NCBI GenBank assembly: GCA_944388605.1 | Contig: CALXJJ010000003.1 | Location: forward strand, 3,091-67,090 | Source: an uncultured Clostridia bacterium | Lineage (GTDB): Bacteria; Bacillota; Clostridia; TANB77; CAG-508 | Reading direction: 5' to 3' | Length of the DNA: 64,000 nucleotides | In this document: positions 20,058 through 28,254 of the stretch, piece after piece | Layout of the letters: each line of letters opens with the position of its first letter | How positions within the stretch are numbered: position 1 is the stretch's first letter | Notes under the pieces: generated by a model | Told to the model about the DNA's origin: nothing | Seen by the model: the letters and a program-made list of their open reading frames with translations, nothing else | The model's database searches: none | Made by a program: the position numbers and the translations under genes

Positions 20058-21650
20058 CTATTTAATTCTTTCAAATATTGGTTCTATATTTTCAATATCT
20101 TTACATTTTTTTACTTGTATATATTCCCAGCAACATTCTTCTATTTCTAAGAATCTCCTAACTTTTTTAGATGACTCAGGCATAAAAGGTTCATATAAAT
20201 TAGATAAATTAGCAATAAGGTTACAACATGTATATATAGTATTATTAAATTCTTGTATATTCTCTTTTTGCTGTTTCCATGGCTGTTTTTCCTCATAAAA
20301 TTTATTTCCTTCTTCAACTAAATCTCTAATTAATAAAACTGCCTTTTTAAATTCCAAATTTTCAATTGCATTTCCCACATCTTTATATGCTTTTTCTATT
20401 AATTCCTTCATATATTTATTCATAACACCATCAGGTATTTGTTTTAATCCTTTATATTTTAAAGTTCTATTTATGAGATTTCCATATTTATTAACAACTT
20501 CCGCATTACTTATAGCAACAAATTCTTCAATAGAAAAATTACTATCCTTCCTTTCTGGTCCATTTCCTATTAGATAATATCTAATCATATCAGAATTATA
20601 ATTATCTAGCATCTGTCTTATTGTTATACCATTTCCTTTGGATTTAGATATTTTCTCTGAATTTATATTTAAGTATTGTGTTGCGACCATATAATCTGGC
20701 AATTTATAATCTTCTTCCAACGCTAATAATAAAGCTGGTAATATTATAGTATGAAAGGTTATATTGTCTTTTCCATGTGCCATAAAAATCAAATTATTTC
20801 TGTCATTTTTCCAATAATTTTCCCAGTTTAAACCTTTTTCAATACAAATTTTTTGACATGCTGTAATATATCCTAAAACAGCCTCTATCCATACATACAT
20901 TTTTTTGTCTTCAAATCCTTTAATAGGTATATCGATTCCCCATTCAAGATTTCTGGTTACTGCTTTTTCTGGCAAACCTTCTCTTAAATACTTTTCAGTT
21001 TCATTTTGAGAACTAATTCTCCAATTTTTTTTATTTTTTTCAACATATTTTTCAATCTTATTTTGTAATTTTCCCAATGCTAAATATAAATTCATATTTT
21101 CTTTTTGAACTGTTTCACTTCCACATGTCTGACATTTAGCCCCAATTAAGTCTTCTAACTTAGGCTCATATCCACAATCACACATATCTCCTTTAGTTTC
21201 TTTTCCACAAGAAGGACAAGTTAAAATCAGCTCTCTGTCTGCCACAAACTTATTGCAATGTTCGCAAAAAGGTTGTAAATCTTTTTTAGCATAAATATAT
21301 CCATTATCATACATCTTTTTAAACAACTCTTGTACTTTCTTTTTATGAAATTCATCTTCTGTTTTAGTATATAAATCATATGAAAACTGCATGTCATTAA
21401 AGCAATCTGTAAATTCTTTGTGATATGATTCTGATATTTCTTTAGGAGTTTTGTTTTCTTTTTTTGCTCTAATTGTAATAGGAGTACCATGGCAATCCGT
21501 TCCAGAAACATAAAGTACATTATCTCCAATTTGTCTATAATATCTTGCAAGAACATCTCCAGAAATTAATCCTGCTACATGTCCAACATGTAAAGAATTA
21601 TTAGCATAAGGCCATGCTCCTCCTATTAATATATTTCTTTTATTATGCAT
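20058..21650 (-). CDS. metG: Methionine--tRNA ligase (short form, no C-terminal tRNA-binding domain)
   Basis: HIGH-type motif ANNSLHVGHVAG, zinc knuckles CEHCNKF...CPSCG...CDCG...CQTCG, and KMSKS-type KISKSKGNG. Confidence 0.93.
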   Translation of the reverse strand: MHNKRNILIGGAWPYANNSLHVGHVAGLISGDVLARYYRQIGDNVLYVSGTDCHGTPITIRAKKENKTPKEISESYHKEFTDCFNDMQFSYDLYTKTEDEFHKKKVQELFKKMYDNGYIYAKKDLQPFCEHCNKFVADRELILTCPSCGKETKGDMCDCGYEPKLEDLIGAKCQTCGSETVQKENMNLYLALGKLQNKIEKYVEKNKKNWRISSQNETEKYLREGLPEKAVTRNLEWGIDIPIKGFEDKKMYVWIEAVLGYITACQKICIEKGLNWENYWKNDRNNLIFMAHGKDNITFHTIILPALLLALEEDYKLPDYMVATQYLNINSEKISKSKGNGITIRQMLDNYNSDMIRYYLIGNGPERKDSNFSIEEFVAISNAEVVNKYGNLINRTLKYKGLKQIPDGVMNKYMKELIEKAYKDVGNAIENLEFKKAVLLIRDLVEEGNKFYEEKQPWKQQKENIQEFNNTIYTCCNLIANLSNLYEPFMPESSKKVRRFLEIEECCWEYIQVKKCKDIENIEPIFERIK

Positions 21651-21943
21651 TTTTATTCCCCCTTAATTATATATTATTACTTAAATGCAGTGCATTTTTA
21701 ATACACTACTATTTTTATATTTATTCTGTAATTTCTATATCTTACTATATAAAATTTCTCATCCATAAAATAATTCATTCTATTTAATATTATATTCAAT
21801 TATCTTAATTTTTTCAATAAATTTTTAAATTTGGCAAATATATATCACACTTTACTGATAAATATATGCTTTAAAATACCAAACTATAGTTTATAATTTA
21901 ACATAAATTTTTAAATTTGGCAATGCTAGTTGGCAAATTTTTA

Positions 21944-22106
21944 TTATACAATAGGAAAGTTATCCTTTCCTATTGTATAAAAGTCGCTACGCTCTAACGA
22001 CTGCACACAATTTTACTTGCGTAAAATTGGCTTAGGAACAAATTTACTAAAAAGCCAACGAGAAAATATTAAATTAGTACAAATTTTAAGGCTTTCCGAT
22101 TTGTTC
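21944..22106 (-). repeat. GGAAAG/CTTTCC hairpin repeat family, long copy R2
   Basis: The minus strand starts GAACAAATCGGAAAGCCTTAAAATTTGTACTAATTT and ends CTTTCCTATTGTATAA. The left end is a perfect 16-bp palindrome, TTATACAATAGGAAAG/CTTTCCTATTGTATAA (21944-21980). The interior carries three further hairpins. Confidence 0.65.
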
Positions 22107-22205
22107 TTTTATTGGATTGTTTTCTAATCCATAGTATAATTTATTTAATTTACATATCTCCTCCTTCATTCACCCCAAAAATCTGATGTGCAGATAGAGT
22201 AAAGT

Positions 22206-22255
22206 ATAAAGAGTATACCGAAAAGTTTACATAAACTTTTCGGTATACTCTTTAT
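22206..22255 (-). terminator. Perfect 24-bp palindrome downstream of the gene relic
   Basis: ATAAAGAGTATACCGAAAAGTTTA (22206-22229) and TAAACTTTTCGGTATACTCTTTAT (22232-22255) are exact reverse complements. Confidence 0.4.
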
Positions 22256-22293
22256 GATTTGACATTATAATTAATATTTACTCTTTTCTTCTA

Positions 22294-22712
22294 TCAGCTT
22301 ACAGTGTCACTTATTATTAAAGTGGCTCTCGCTGTAAGGAGTAAACTCCCACCGTATGGAAAGCTACCATTACGGTCTGAACCTGGATAACTTGAACCTG
22401 AACTGCTGAAGTGACCTCCGTTACCAAAACGATACAAACATCTCTTCTCTTGTTATTTCTCCTATCTCTTGTGGCTCTCCACTTCCTATTATTCCATCCA
22501 TTTCTGCTATTATTTCATTTATTGCTGTCTCATCCGCTGCCATCGCATTCTCCATATACTCCTTCGTCTCCTCTGCTTTCTTAAACAATCCATTCTCTCC
22601 TAATGCTACATTTATTGTTACTCCTGCTAATATTATTAATACTATTATTGTCACTGCTAATGCTATTAGTGTTATACCGCTTATTTTGTTTTAGTTTAAC
22701 TTTCACTAACAT
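22294..22712 (-). pseudogene. Decayed gene for a protein with a pilin-like hydrophobic N-terminus; at least two frameshifts
   Basis: The ATG at 22712 (after GAGAGGAGA) gives MLVKVKLKQNK. The sequence continues only in another frame as GITLIALAVTIIVLIILAGVTINVALGENGLFKKAEE... (track ORF 22421..22654), then in a third frame as FGNGGHFSSSGSSYPGSDRNGSFPYGG... to the stop at 22294. The region is visibly G+C-richer than its surroundings. Confidence 0.5.
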
Positions 22713-22770
22713 TCTCCTCTCTCATGTATTTAATTTATTATATCTATGCTTTAGGCTTTTCATCTATCTA

Positions 22771-22894
22771 GCAAGGCAAAGAATTGACCTTTTGGCTAGG
22801 CAAGCAAGCGAGAAAACCGGAGGTGTACTTTTGAACACCAAAGGATTTTCAATGCAAAGCTGCCACCAAGCCAAAAGTCAATTATTTGCCTTGC
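22771..22894. other. 124-nt element closed by a roughly 26-bp stem
   Basis: GCAAGGCAAAGAATTGACCTTTTGGCT (22771-22797) pairs with AGCCAAAAGTCAATTATTTGCCTTGC (22869-22894). The G+C-rich interior contains a GGTGT...ACACC hairpin. Confidence 0.45.
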
Positions 22895-22999
22895 GGTAAC
22901 TATGACGTATCAAAAGCATAGGCTATTTTACTATAAAATAACCTATGCTTTTGATTTATTCTATTTAATTTTCTTATTATTTTTCCTCTAAAGTTTACG

Positions 23000-23024
23000 A
23001 TATATATATATATATATATATATA
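23000..23024. repeat. (AT)12 dinucleotide microsatellite
   Basis: An uninterrupted atatat... run read directly from the sequence. Confidence 0.95.
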
Positions 23025-23486
23025 CAGCCCCAAGGCTTTCAGCCATTTTTCTCATTTCTTTTGTTCTCCTTTTGCTTGTTTTTTATTATCTTTTTTCCTA
23101 CAACTTTTATTTATTATATACTTATTTCTCCTATTTTTGCAATACTTTTTTCTTTTATTTTCCTTTTGTATATTAATTCCTAATTTACAAATTTGGCACT
23201 TCCCATAAAATGTTAAAAGAATTATTAATTGGAATAATGCGTTTTTTTGCAAACTTTTCGCGTCAACAAATTTTATAATCTTCTTGCTAAATTTTAATTT
23301 AACATATTTTATTGAATAGTTTATTGTTGTTCGCTATAAAGAACATTTTATTGTAAGATACTTTACTTTCTTGTCACACAAAAATCTCTATTCCTATTGA
23401 TACTGTTTACTCCAAATAGTAACCCTTAATTTCCACACTTTTTCAATTGACATAATTAAGGTTTTTTAATTTTTTTTCAAAACATG

Positions 23487-23515
23487 TTGCAAATTTTCAA
23501 TAATAATTGTATAAT
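23487..23515 (+). promoter_or_regulatory. Sigma-A type promoter of tRNA-Trp
   Basis: TTGCAA (23487-92), a 17-nt spacer, then TATAAT (23510-15), about 25 nt before the tRNA 5' end. Confidence 0.6.
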
Positions 23516-23540
23516 AAATAAGAATTGTTTTTTTAGATAT

Positions 23541-23615
23541 AGGGGTATGATGTTAATGGTAGCATACTGGTCTCCAAAACCAAGTGTGAGGGTTCGAATC
23601 CTTCTACCCCTGCCA
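23541..23615 (+). tRNA. trnW: tRNA-Trp (anticodon CCA), with encoded CCA end
   Basis: Acceptor AGGGGTA/TACCCCT, anticodon loop CTCCAAA, T arm GAGGG-TTCGAAT-CCTTC, discriminator G plus CCA. There is one C-A mismatch at the top of the anticodon stem. Confidence 0.9.
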
Positions 23616-23619
23616 AAAC

Positions 23620-23790
23620 GGACAAATCTCGCTTTGCGAGAACTTTTCTCTACTTTTCTAACTTAACTATATATATTTAAGTTCTCGAAGAAGAGTAAAG
23701 ATTTGTCGACGCGAAAAATTGCATAGCAATTTTTCTGTGCAATGTTGTTTTTTATTGAATAAGAAAACTCGATTTTTCCTATTCAATAAA
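23620..23790 (-). repeat. About 170-bp multi-hairpin repeat, copy A (inverted relative to copy B at 45003)
   Basis: The reverse complement aligns end to end with 45003-45163, with roughly 90% identity by manual alignment plus a 10-nt and a few 1-2-nt indels. It begins 5 nt after the tRNA-Trp CCA. Confidence 0.85.
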
Positions 23791-23794
23791 AACT

Positions 23795-23832
23795 AAAAAA
23801 GCCTTAAAATATTGATTATTTAAGGCTTTTTT
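23795..23832. terminator. Bidirectional terminator hairpin shared by tRNA-Trp and whiA
   Basis: AAAAAAGCCTTAAA...TTTAAGGCTTTTTT, with A- and T-runs on both sides. It overlaps the whiA stop. Confidence 0.6.
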
Positions 23833-24677
23833 AGTTTTTTTGTTATTTCTTCTGCTATTTTTTCTATAGATTTTAATCTATGATTTATTCCAGATTTTCC
23901 TATTTTTTCTGTTAACATATGTCCTAATTCAGCAAGTGTTGCTTCAGGATTTTCTAACCTTAATTTAGCTACTTCTTGTAATTGCTCTGGAATTTTATTA
24001 AACTCATTATATTTCTGTATTATTTTAATTGCTTGTATTTGTTTTGCTGAGGCTTGTGCAGTTTTATTTAAGTTTGCAGTTTCACAATTTACTATTCTAT
24101 TAACATTATTCCTCATATCTCTTAATGCTCTTGCTTCTTCAAATTTAAGTACTGAAGTGTTAGCTCCTATGAATGCTAAAAATTTTGATATTTCATCTCC
24201 ATCTTTTATATATACAGAATTACCATTACTTTTTCTTATTCTTTTTACTTCTATACCATATTTATTTAGTATTTTACTTATTTTGTCCACTAATACATCT
24301 TCTTTTATATTTATTTCTAAATGATAATTATTTTTTGGTTCATTTATAGAACCATTCCCCATAAAAACTCCTCTTATATATGCTTTTTCTAATACTTCTT
24401 TACTTAAATTTATACTTTCTATTTTCAAATTATTTTTAAAGGTAACTATATAATTATTTCCTTTCACTTGTATATTATACTTTTCTATACCTATATTTTT
24501 AAGCAATTTTATAAATCTGTTTATATTATATTCATTTTCTGTTGCATATTCTATATTTTTATTTGTTTCTATTCTTTTATTAATCATGTACCCTTTAAAT
24601 TCTGCTAATACTGACTCTTTGTCCTTCAAATTTTTAATTTTGCTAAGTTCCTCTTTTACATCAAAACTAAAAGACAT
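23820..24677 (-). CDS. whiA: DNA-binding sporulation/cell-division regulator WhiA
   Basis: N-terminus MSFSFDVKEELSKI, a degenerate LAGLIDADG-like middle (YIRGVFMGNGSI) and a C-terminal HTH (LAELGHMLTEKIGKSGINHRLKSIEKIA). Confidence 0.9.
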   Translation of the reverse strand: MSFSFDVKEELSKIKNLKDKESVLAEFKGYMINKRIETNKNIEYATENEYNINRFIKLLKNIGIEKYNIQVKGNNYIVTFKNNLKIESINLSKEVLEKAYIRGVFMGNGSINEPKNNYHLEINIKEDVLVDKISKILNKYGIEVKRIRKSNGNSVYIKDGDEISKFLAFIGANTSVLKFEEARALRDMRNNVNRIVNCETANLNKTAQASAKQIQAIKIIQKYNEFNKIPEQLQEVAKLRLENPEATLAELGHMLTEKIGKSGINHRLKSIEKIAEEITKKLKKP

Positions 24678-25510
24678 TAGTTCCCCCTATCTTTTGTTGC
24701 AATTATAATTCTGTCATTTCCAGAGATATCCTTCTTGCAATAAATATTTTTATAATTTTTTTCTTTTTTTAATAGTTCTATTACAGAATTTCTTTGATTA
24801 TAGCCTATTTCAAGTGCTAATATTCCATTTTCTTTTAAATATTTTACAGCATTTTTAGCTATTATTTTATAATAGTTTAGTCCATCTTTTCCGCCATATA
24901 ACGCAATTAAAGGTTCATGTTTTACTTCTAAATTCAAATTTTCCATATCTTTTTCATCAATATATGGTGGATTAGAAACTATTATATCGTATTTATCATT
25001 AATATTTTCAAACATATCTGATTTAACTATTCTTAAATTTTTTTCTAATATATTAATACTATTTTTTTTAGCTATTTTTAATGCTTTTTCACTTATATCT
25101 GACAAAGTAACATTTGCTCCTGTTATAGCACAAATACTTATACCTATAGCTCCGCTTCCAGTACATAAATCTAATATACTGTCACTTTTCTTAGCTAATT
25201 TAACTACCTCTTCTACTAATATTTCTGTATCTGGTTGGGGTATTAATACATTTTCATCCACAAAAAATTTACATTTCATAAATTCTTGAGTATTAGTAAT
25301 ATATTGAACAGGCATTCCATTTTTTAACTTTTCTAGATCTTTTATAAAGATTTCTTCTGTTTTTGGATCTATCTCTTTGTCTTGGTTTATTACAAGAAAG
25401 CTAGTATCTACATTTAATAGATATTTTAACAATATTTTTATTTTTATACTAGCTTCTTCTACATTTTTTAATTCTCTAATTCCATATGTTCTTAATTCTC
25501 TTAATTTCAT
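24677..25510 (-). CDS. prmC: Release-factor glutamine N5-methyltransferase PrmC/HemK
   Basis: SAM motif ILDLCTGSGAIG and catalytic NPPYI. Confidence 0.88.
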   Translation of the reverse strand: MKLRELRTYGIRELKNVEEASIKIKILLKYLLNVDTSFLVINQDKEIDPKTEEIFIKDLEKLKNGMPVQYITNTQEFMKCKFFVDENVLIPQPDTEILVEEVVKLAKKSDSILDLCTGSGAIGISICAITGANVTLSDISEKALKIAKKNSINILEKNLRIVKSDMFENINDKYDIIVSNPPYIDEKDMENLNLEVKHEPLIALYGGKDGLNYYKIIAKNAVKYLKENGILALEIGYNQRNSVIELLKKEKNYKNIYCKKDISGNDRIIIATKDRGN

Positions 25511-25516
25511 GTTTTA

Positions 25517-26953
25517 TTAATACTGCCTTCCCCATACAATCATTGTTTTAGCTGGTCTACCACAGCAAACACATACATCTGATAAATGTTCTTGTTCAAA
25601 AGGTATACATCTTGATGGTGCTCCTGTTATCTCTTTTACTTTATCTTCACATTCTTGATTACCACACCACATAGATTTTACAAATCCTTGATTTTCTTCT
25701 AAATTTTTCTTTAATTCTTCGATATTTGTAGCAATAGTGGTTTTTTCTTCCATTCTTTTTTTACATATATTAAACATATTTACTTGAATATTCTTTAACA
25801 TTTCATCTATTTTTGTTTCTATATCTTCCAACTTTACTTGTATTTTTTCTGATGTATCTCTTCTTACTAAAATTGCTTCTCTTTTTTCTATATCTTTAGG
25901 TCCTATTTCAATTCTAATTGGAACTCCTTTCATTTCCCATTCATTAAATTTATATCCAACTGAATAGTTATCCCTATCATCTAGTTTAATTCTTATTCTT
26001 TCATTTAGTCTATTTTTTAACTTGTATGCTTCATCCAGAACTCCTTCTTTTTGTTGAGCAATAGGAACAATTACAGCTTGAATTGGTGCAACAAGTGGTG
26101 GTAATTTTAATCCTCTATTATCTCCATGAGCCATTATAACAGCTCCTATTAACCTTGTACTTATTCCCCAAGAAGTTTGATATGCATATTCTTGTTCACC
26201 TTTTCTGTTTTGGAATTTAATATCAAAAGGTTTTGTAAAGTTTTGACCTAAATAGTGTGATGTTCCTCCTTGTAATGCTCTTCCATCATGCATTAATGTT
26301 TCTATTGTGTATGTTGATTCTGCTCCTGCAAACTTTTCTTTCTCTGTTTTTTTCCCTTTTAGTACTGGTATTGCTAACAGATTTTCTACAACATCTGCAT
26401 ATACATCTAACATATCTAATGTAAAATCCTTTGCTTCTTTTTCTGTTTCATGTATTGTATGTCCTTCTTGCCATAAAAACTCTCTTGAACGTAAAAAAGG
26501 TCTTGTTTCTTTTTCCCATCTTAGTACATTACACCATTGATTATATAGAAAAGGTAAATCTCTCCATGAATTTAACCATTTTGAATACATTGTTGAAAAT
26601 ATAGTTTCTGATGTAGGTCTTACACATAATCTTTCTTCTAATTCTTCTCCTCCTCCAATTGTAACCCAAGCTACTTCTGGTGCAAAACCTTCTACATGTT
26701 GTTTTTCTTTATTTAATAGCTTCTCTGGAATTAAAATCGGCATGGATATATTTTTCACTCCATGTTTCTTAAATTTTTCATCTACATATTTTTGTATATT
26801 TTCCCATATTTCATATCCATATGGTCTTATTGCAATAAATCCTTTCACATCAGTATAATCTGCAAGTTCTGCTTTTAATACAATATCTGTATACCATTGT
26901 GGGAAATTTTTATCTATATCTGTTATTTCTTTAACAAATTCCTTTTTTTCCAT
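25517..26953 (-). CDS. proS: Proline--tRNA ligase (478-aa archaeal/eukaryote-like type)
   Basis: [17 protein letters not shown]...[13 protein letters not shown], class II motifs, and a C-terminal zinc-binding domain CGNQECE...CVCCG. Confidence 0.92.
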   Translation of the reverse strand: MEKKEFVKEITDIDKNFPQWYTDIVLKAELADYTDVKGFIAIRPYGYEIWENIQKYVDEKFKKHGVKNISMPILIPEKLLNKEKQHVEGFAPEVAWVTIGGGEELEERLCVRPTSETIFSTMYSKWLNSWRDLPFLYNQWCNVLRWEKETRPFLRSREFLWQEGHTIHETEKEAKDFTLDMLDVYADVVENLLAIPVLKGKKTEKEKFAGAESTYTIETLMHDGRALQGGTSHYLGQNFTKPFDIKFQNRKGEQEYAYQTSWGISTRLIGAVIMAHGDNRGLKLPPLVAPIQAVIVPIAQQKEGVLDEAYKLKNRLNERIRIKLDDRDNYSVGYKFNEWEMKGVPIRIEIGPKDIEKREAILVRRDTSEKIQVKLEDIETKIDEMLKNIQVNMFNICKKRMEEKTTIATNIEELKKNLEENQGFVKSMWCGNQECEDKVKEITGAPSRCIPFEQEHLSDVCVCCGRPAKTMIVWGRQY

Positions 26954-27131
26954 TCTTACAATTCTTCCTTTCCAAGGTATAAATTTTCTTACCTTAATAT
27001 TTTTCAGTAATTATATTATCATATATATCTATTATTTTCAAGTTTTTCAGAGTATTTCACATAATTCATTTACAAATATATTTTTTTGTAGTAAAATAAC
27101 CTAAATAATTTATATAAATGCGAGGTAATTT

Positions 27132-27599
27132 ATGTTTACATATATTTCAAAATCTGAAAAAGATACAAAAAATTTTGCAAAATTAATTGCTGAAAAACTA
27201 AATTCAAAAGATATTATTGTATTAACAGGCGAATTAGGCTCTGGTAAGACTAAATTTGTTGAAGGCATTCTTTCATATTTCAATTTAGATGATGAAATTT
27301 CATCACCCACTTTTACTATAGTGAATGAACATTATACTAAAAAACTTAATTTATATCATTTTGATGTTTACAGGCTGGAAGATATTGATGAATTTTATGA
27401 AATGGGTGGAGAAGAATATTTTGATAAAGGTGCATGCATAATTGAATGGGGTGAAATCATTCAACAATCATTACCAATGCCATATATTCACATTATATTT
27501 AATAAAAATGAAGAAAATGAAAATTTAAGAACTTTAAATATTGAAATAATAGGTTCTAGTAAGAAATGGAGTGATTTTTTTGAAAATACTTGTCATTGA
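27132..27599 (+). CDS. tsaE: tRNA t6A37 biosynthesis ATPase TsaE
   Basis: LTGELGSGKTKFVEGI...SPTFTIVNEY-like...HFDVYRL. Confidence 0.9.
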   Translation: MFTYISKSEKDTKNFAKLIAEKLNSKDIIVLTGELGSGKTKFVEGILSYFNLDDEISSPTFTIVNEHYTKKLNLYHFDVYRLEDIDEFYEMGGEEYFDKGACIIEWGEIIQQSLPMPYIHIIFNKNEENENLRTLNIEIIGSSKKWSDFFENTCH

Positions 27600-28254
27600 T
27601 ACAGCTTCTCAATCTTGTTTAGTTGCTATATATGAAGATTTTAAATGCATATGCGAAAAAATTAATACTAATGAATTAACTCATTCTCAAAAATTAATGC
27701 CACTTATAGATTCTTGTCTCAAAGAATCTAACAATACTTTAAATGATATTAATTTAATTATATGTTCACAAGGTCCAGGCTCTTTTACAGGTATAAGAAT
27801 TGGTATTTCAACTGTAAAAGCATTTAATGATGTTAAAAATATTCCTTTAATTGGTGTTAGCTCTTTAGAATCACTTGCATACAATGTATCTAATTCTAAT
27901 GTTTGTAGTATTATAGATGCAAAACACAATAATGTGTATGCAGGTGTATTTGAGTTTACAAACTCTGTTTGTATAGGTTCTAAACTAATATCTTGTTCTA
28001 TATCTGAATTAAATAATTTTATAGATAAAAATAACATAACTTTTGTTGGAGATGGTTCCATTATATATAAAGATTTTTTAAAAACTAATTTCCCAAATTC
28101 TTGTTTTTCATTGACAAACAATTTTAAAAGTATATCTTATGTAAAAGCTGGATTAAACCATTATATTTCTGGAGATATAAGAGATTCTTCACAATTATCT
28201 CCTATATATTTAAAAAAATCTCAAGCTGAAAGAGCTTTGGAAGGTGAAAAATAG
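27580..28254 (+). CDS. tsaB: tRNA t6A37 biosynthesis protein TsaB
   Basis: (M)KILVIDTASQSC...GPGSFTGIRIG. The probable TTG start at 27580 follows GGAG; the track start at 27571 is a GTG. Confidence 0.88.
   Translation: MKILVIDTASQSCLVAIYEDFKCICEKINTNELTHSQKLMPLIDSCLKESNNTLNDINLIICSQGPGSFTGIRIGISTVKAFNDVKNIPLIGVSSLESLAYNVSNSNVCSIIDAKHNNVYAGVFEFTNSVCIGSKLISCSISELNNFIDKNNITFVGDGSIIYKDFLKTNFPNSCFSLTNNFKSISYVKAGLNHYISGDIRDSSQLSPIYLKKSQAERALEGEK

Noticed and set aside
21227-21556. A 109-aa same-strand ORF inside metG.
   Set aside because: It is out of frame within a full-length MetRS gene and has no independent signals.
21651-21950. I looked for T-box leaders upstream of metG, and also upstream of proS at 26954-27110.
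   Set aside because: I found no specifier-loop or T-box sequence (…GGUGGUACCGCG…), and the proS spacer is too short. Regulation by a T-box is not supported.
22771-22894. I considered a c-di-GMP-I (GEMM-I) riboswitch because of the strings GGCAAAG and AUGCAAAGCUGCC.
   Set aside because: The spacing and pairing are wrong. The GGCAAAG segment is locked in the long outer stem, and the two motifs are about 90 nt apart rather than about 20-30 nt.
23052-23252. A 66-aa Lys-rich ORF in the decay island.
   Set aside because: It has a non-ATG start, no RBS and a low-complexity K/N/R composition, and it overlaps the degenerate repeat copy. I treat it as non-coding.
23484-23666. A 60-aa ORF spanning the tRNA-Trp gene.
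   Set aside because: It overlaps a clean tRNA cloverleaf and runs into the repeat element, so it is spurious.
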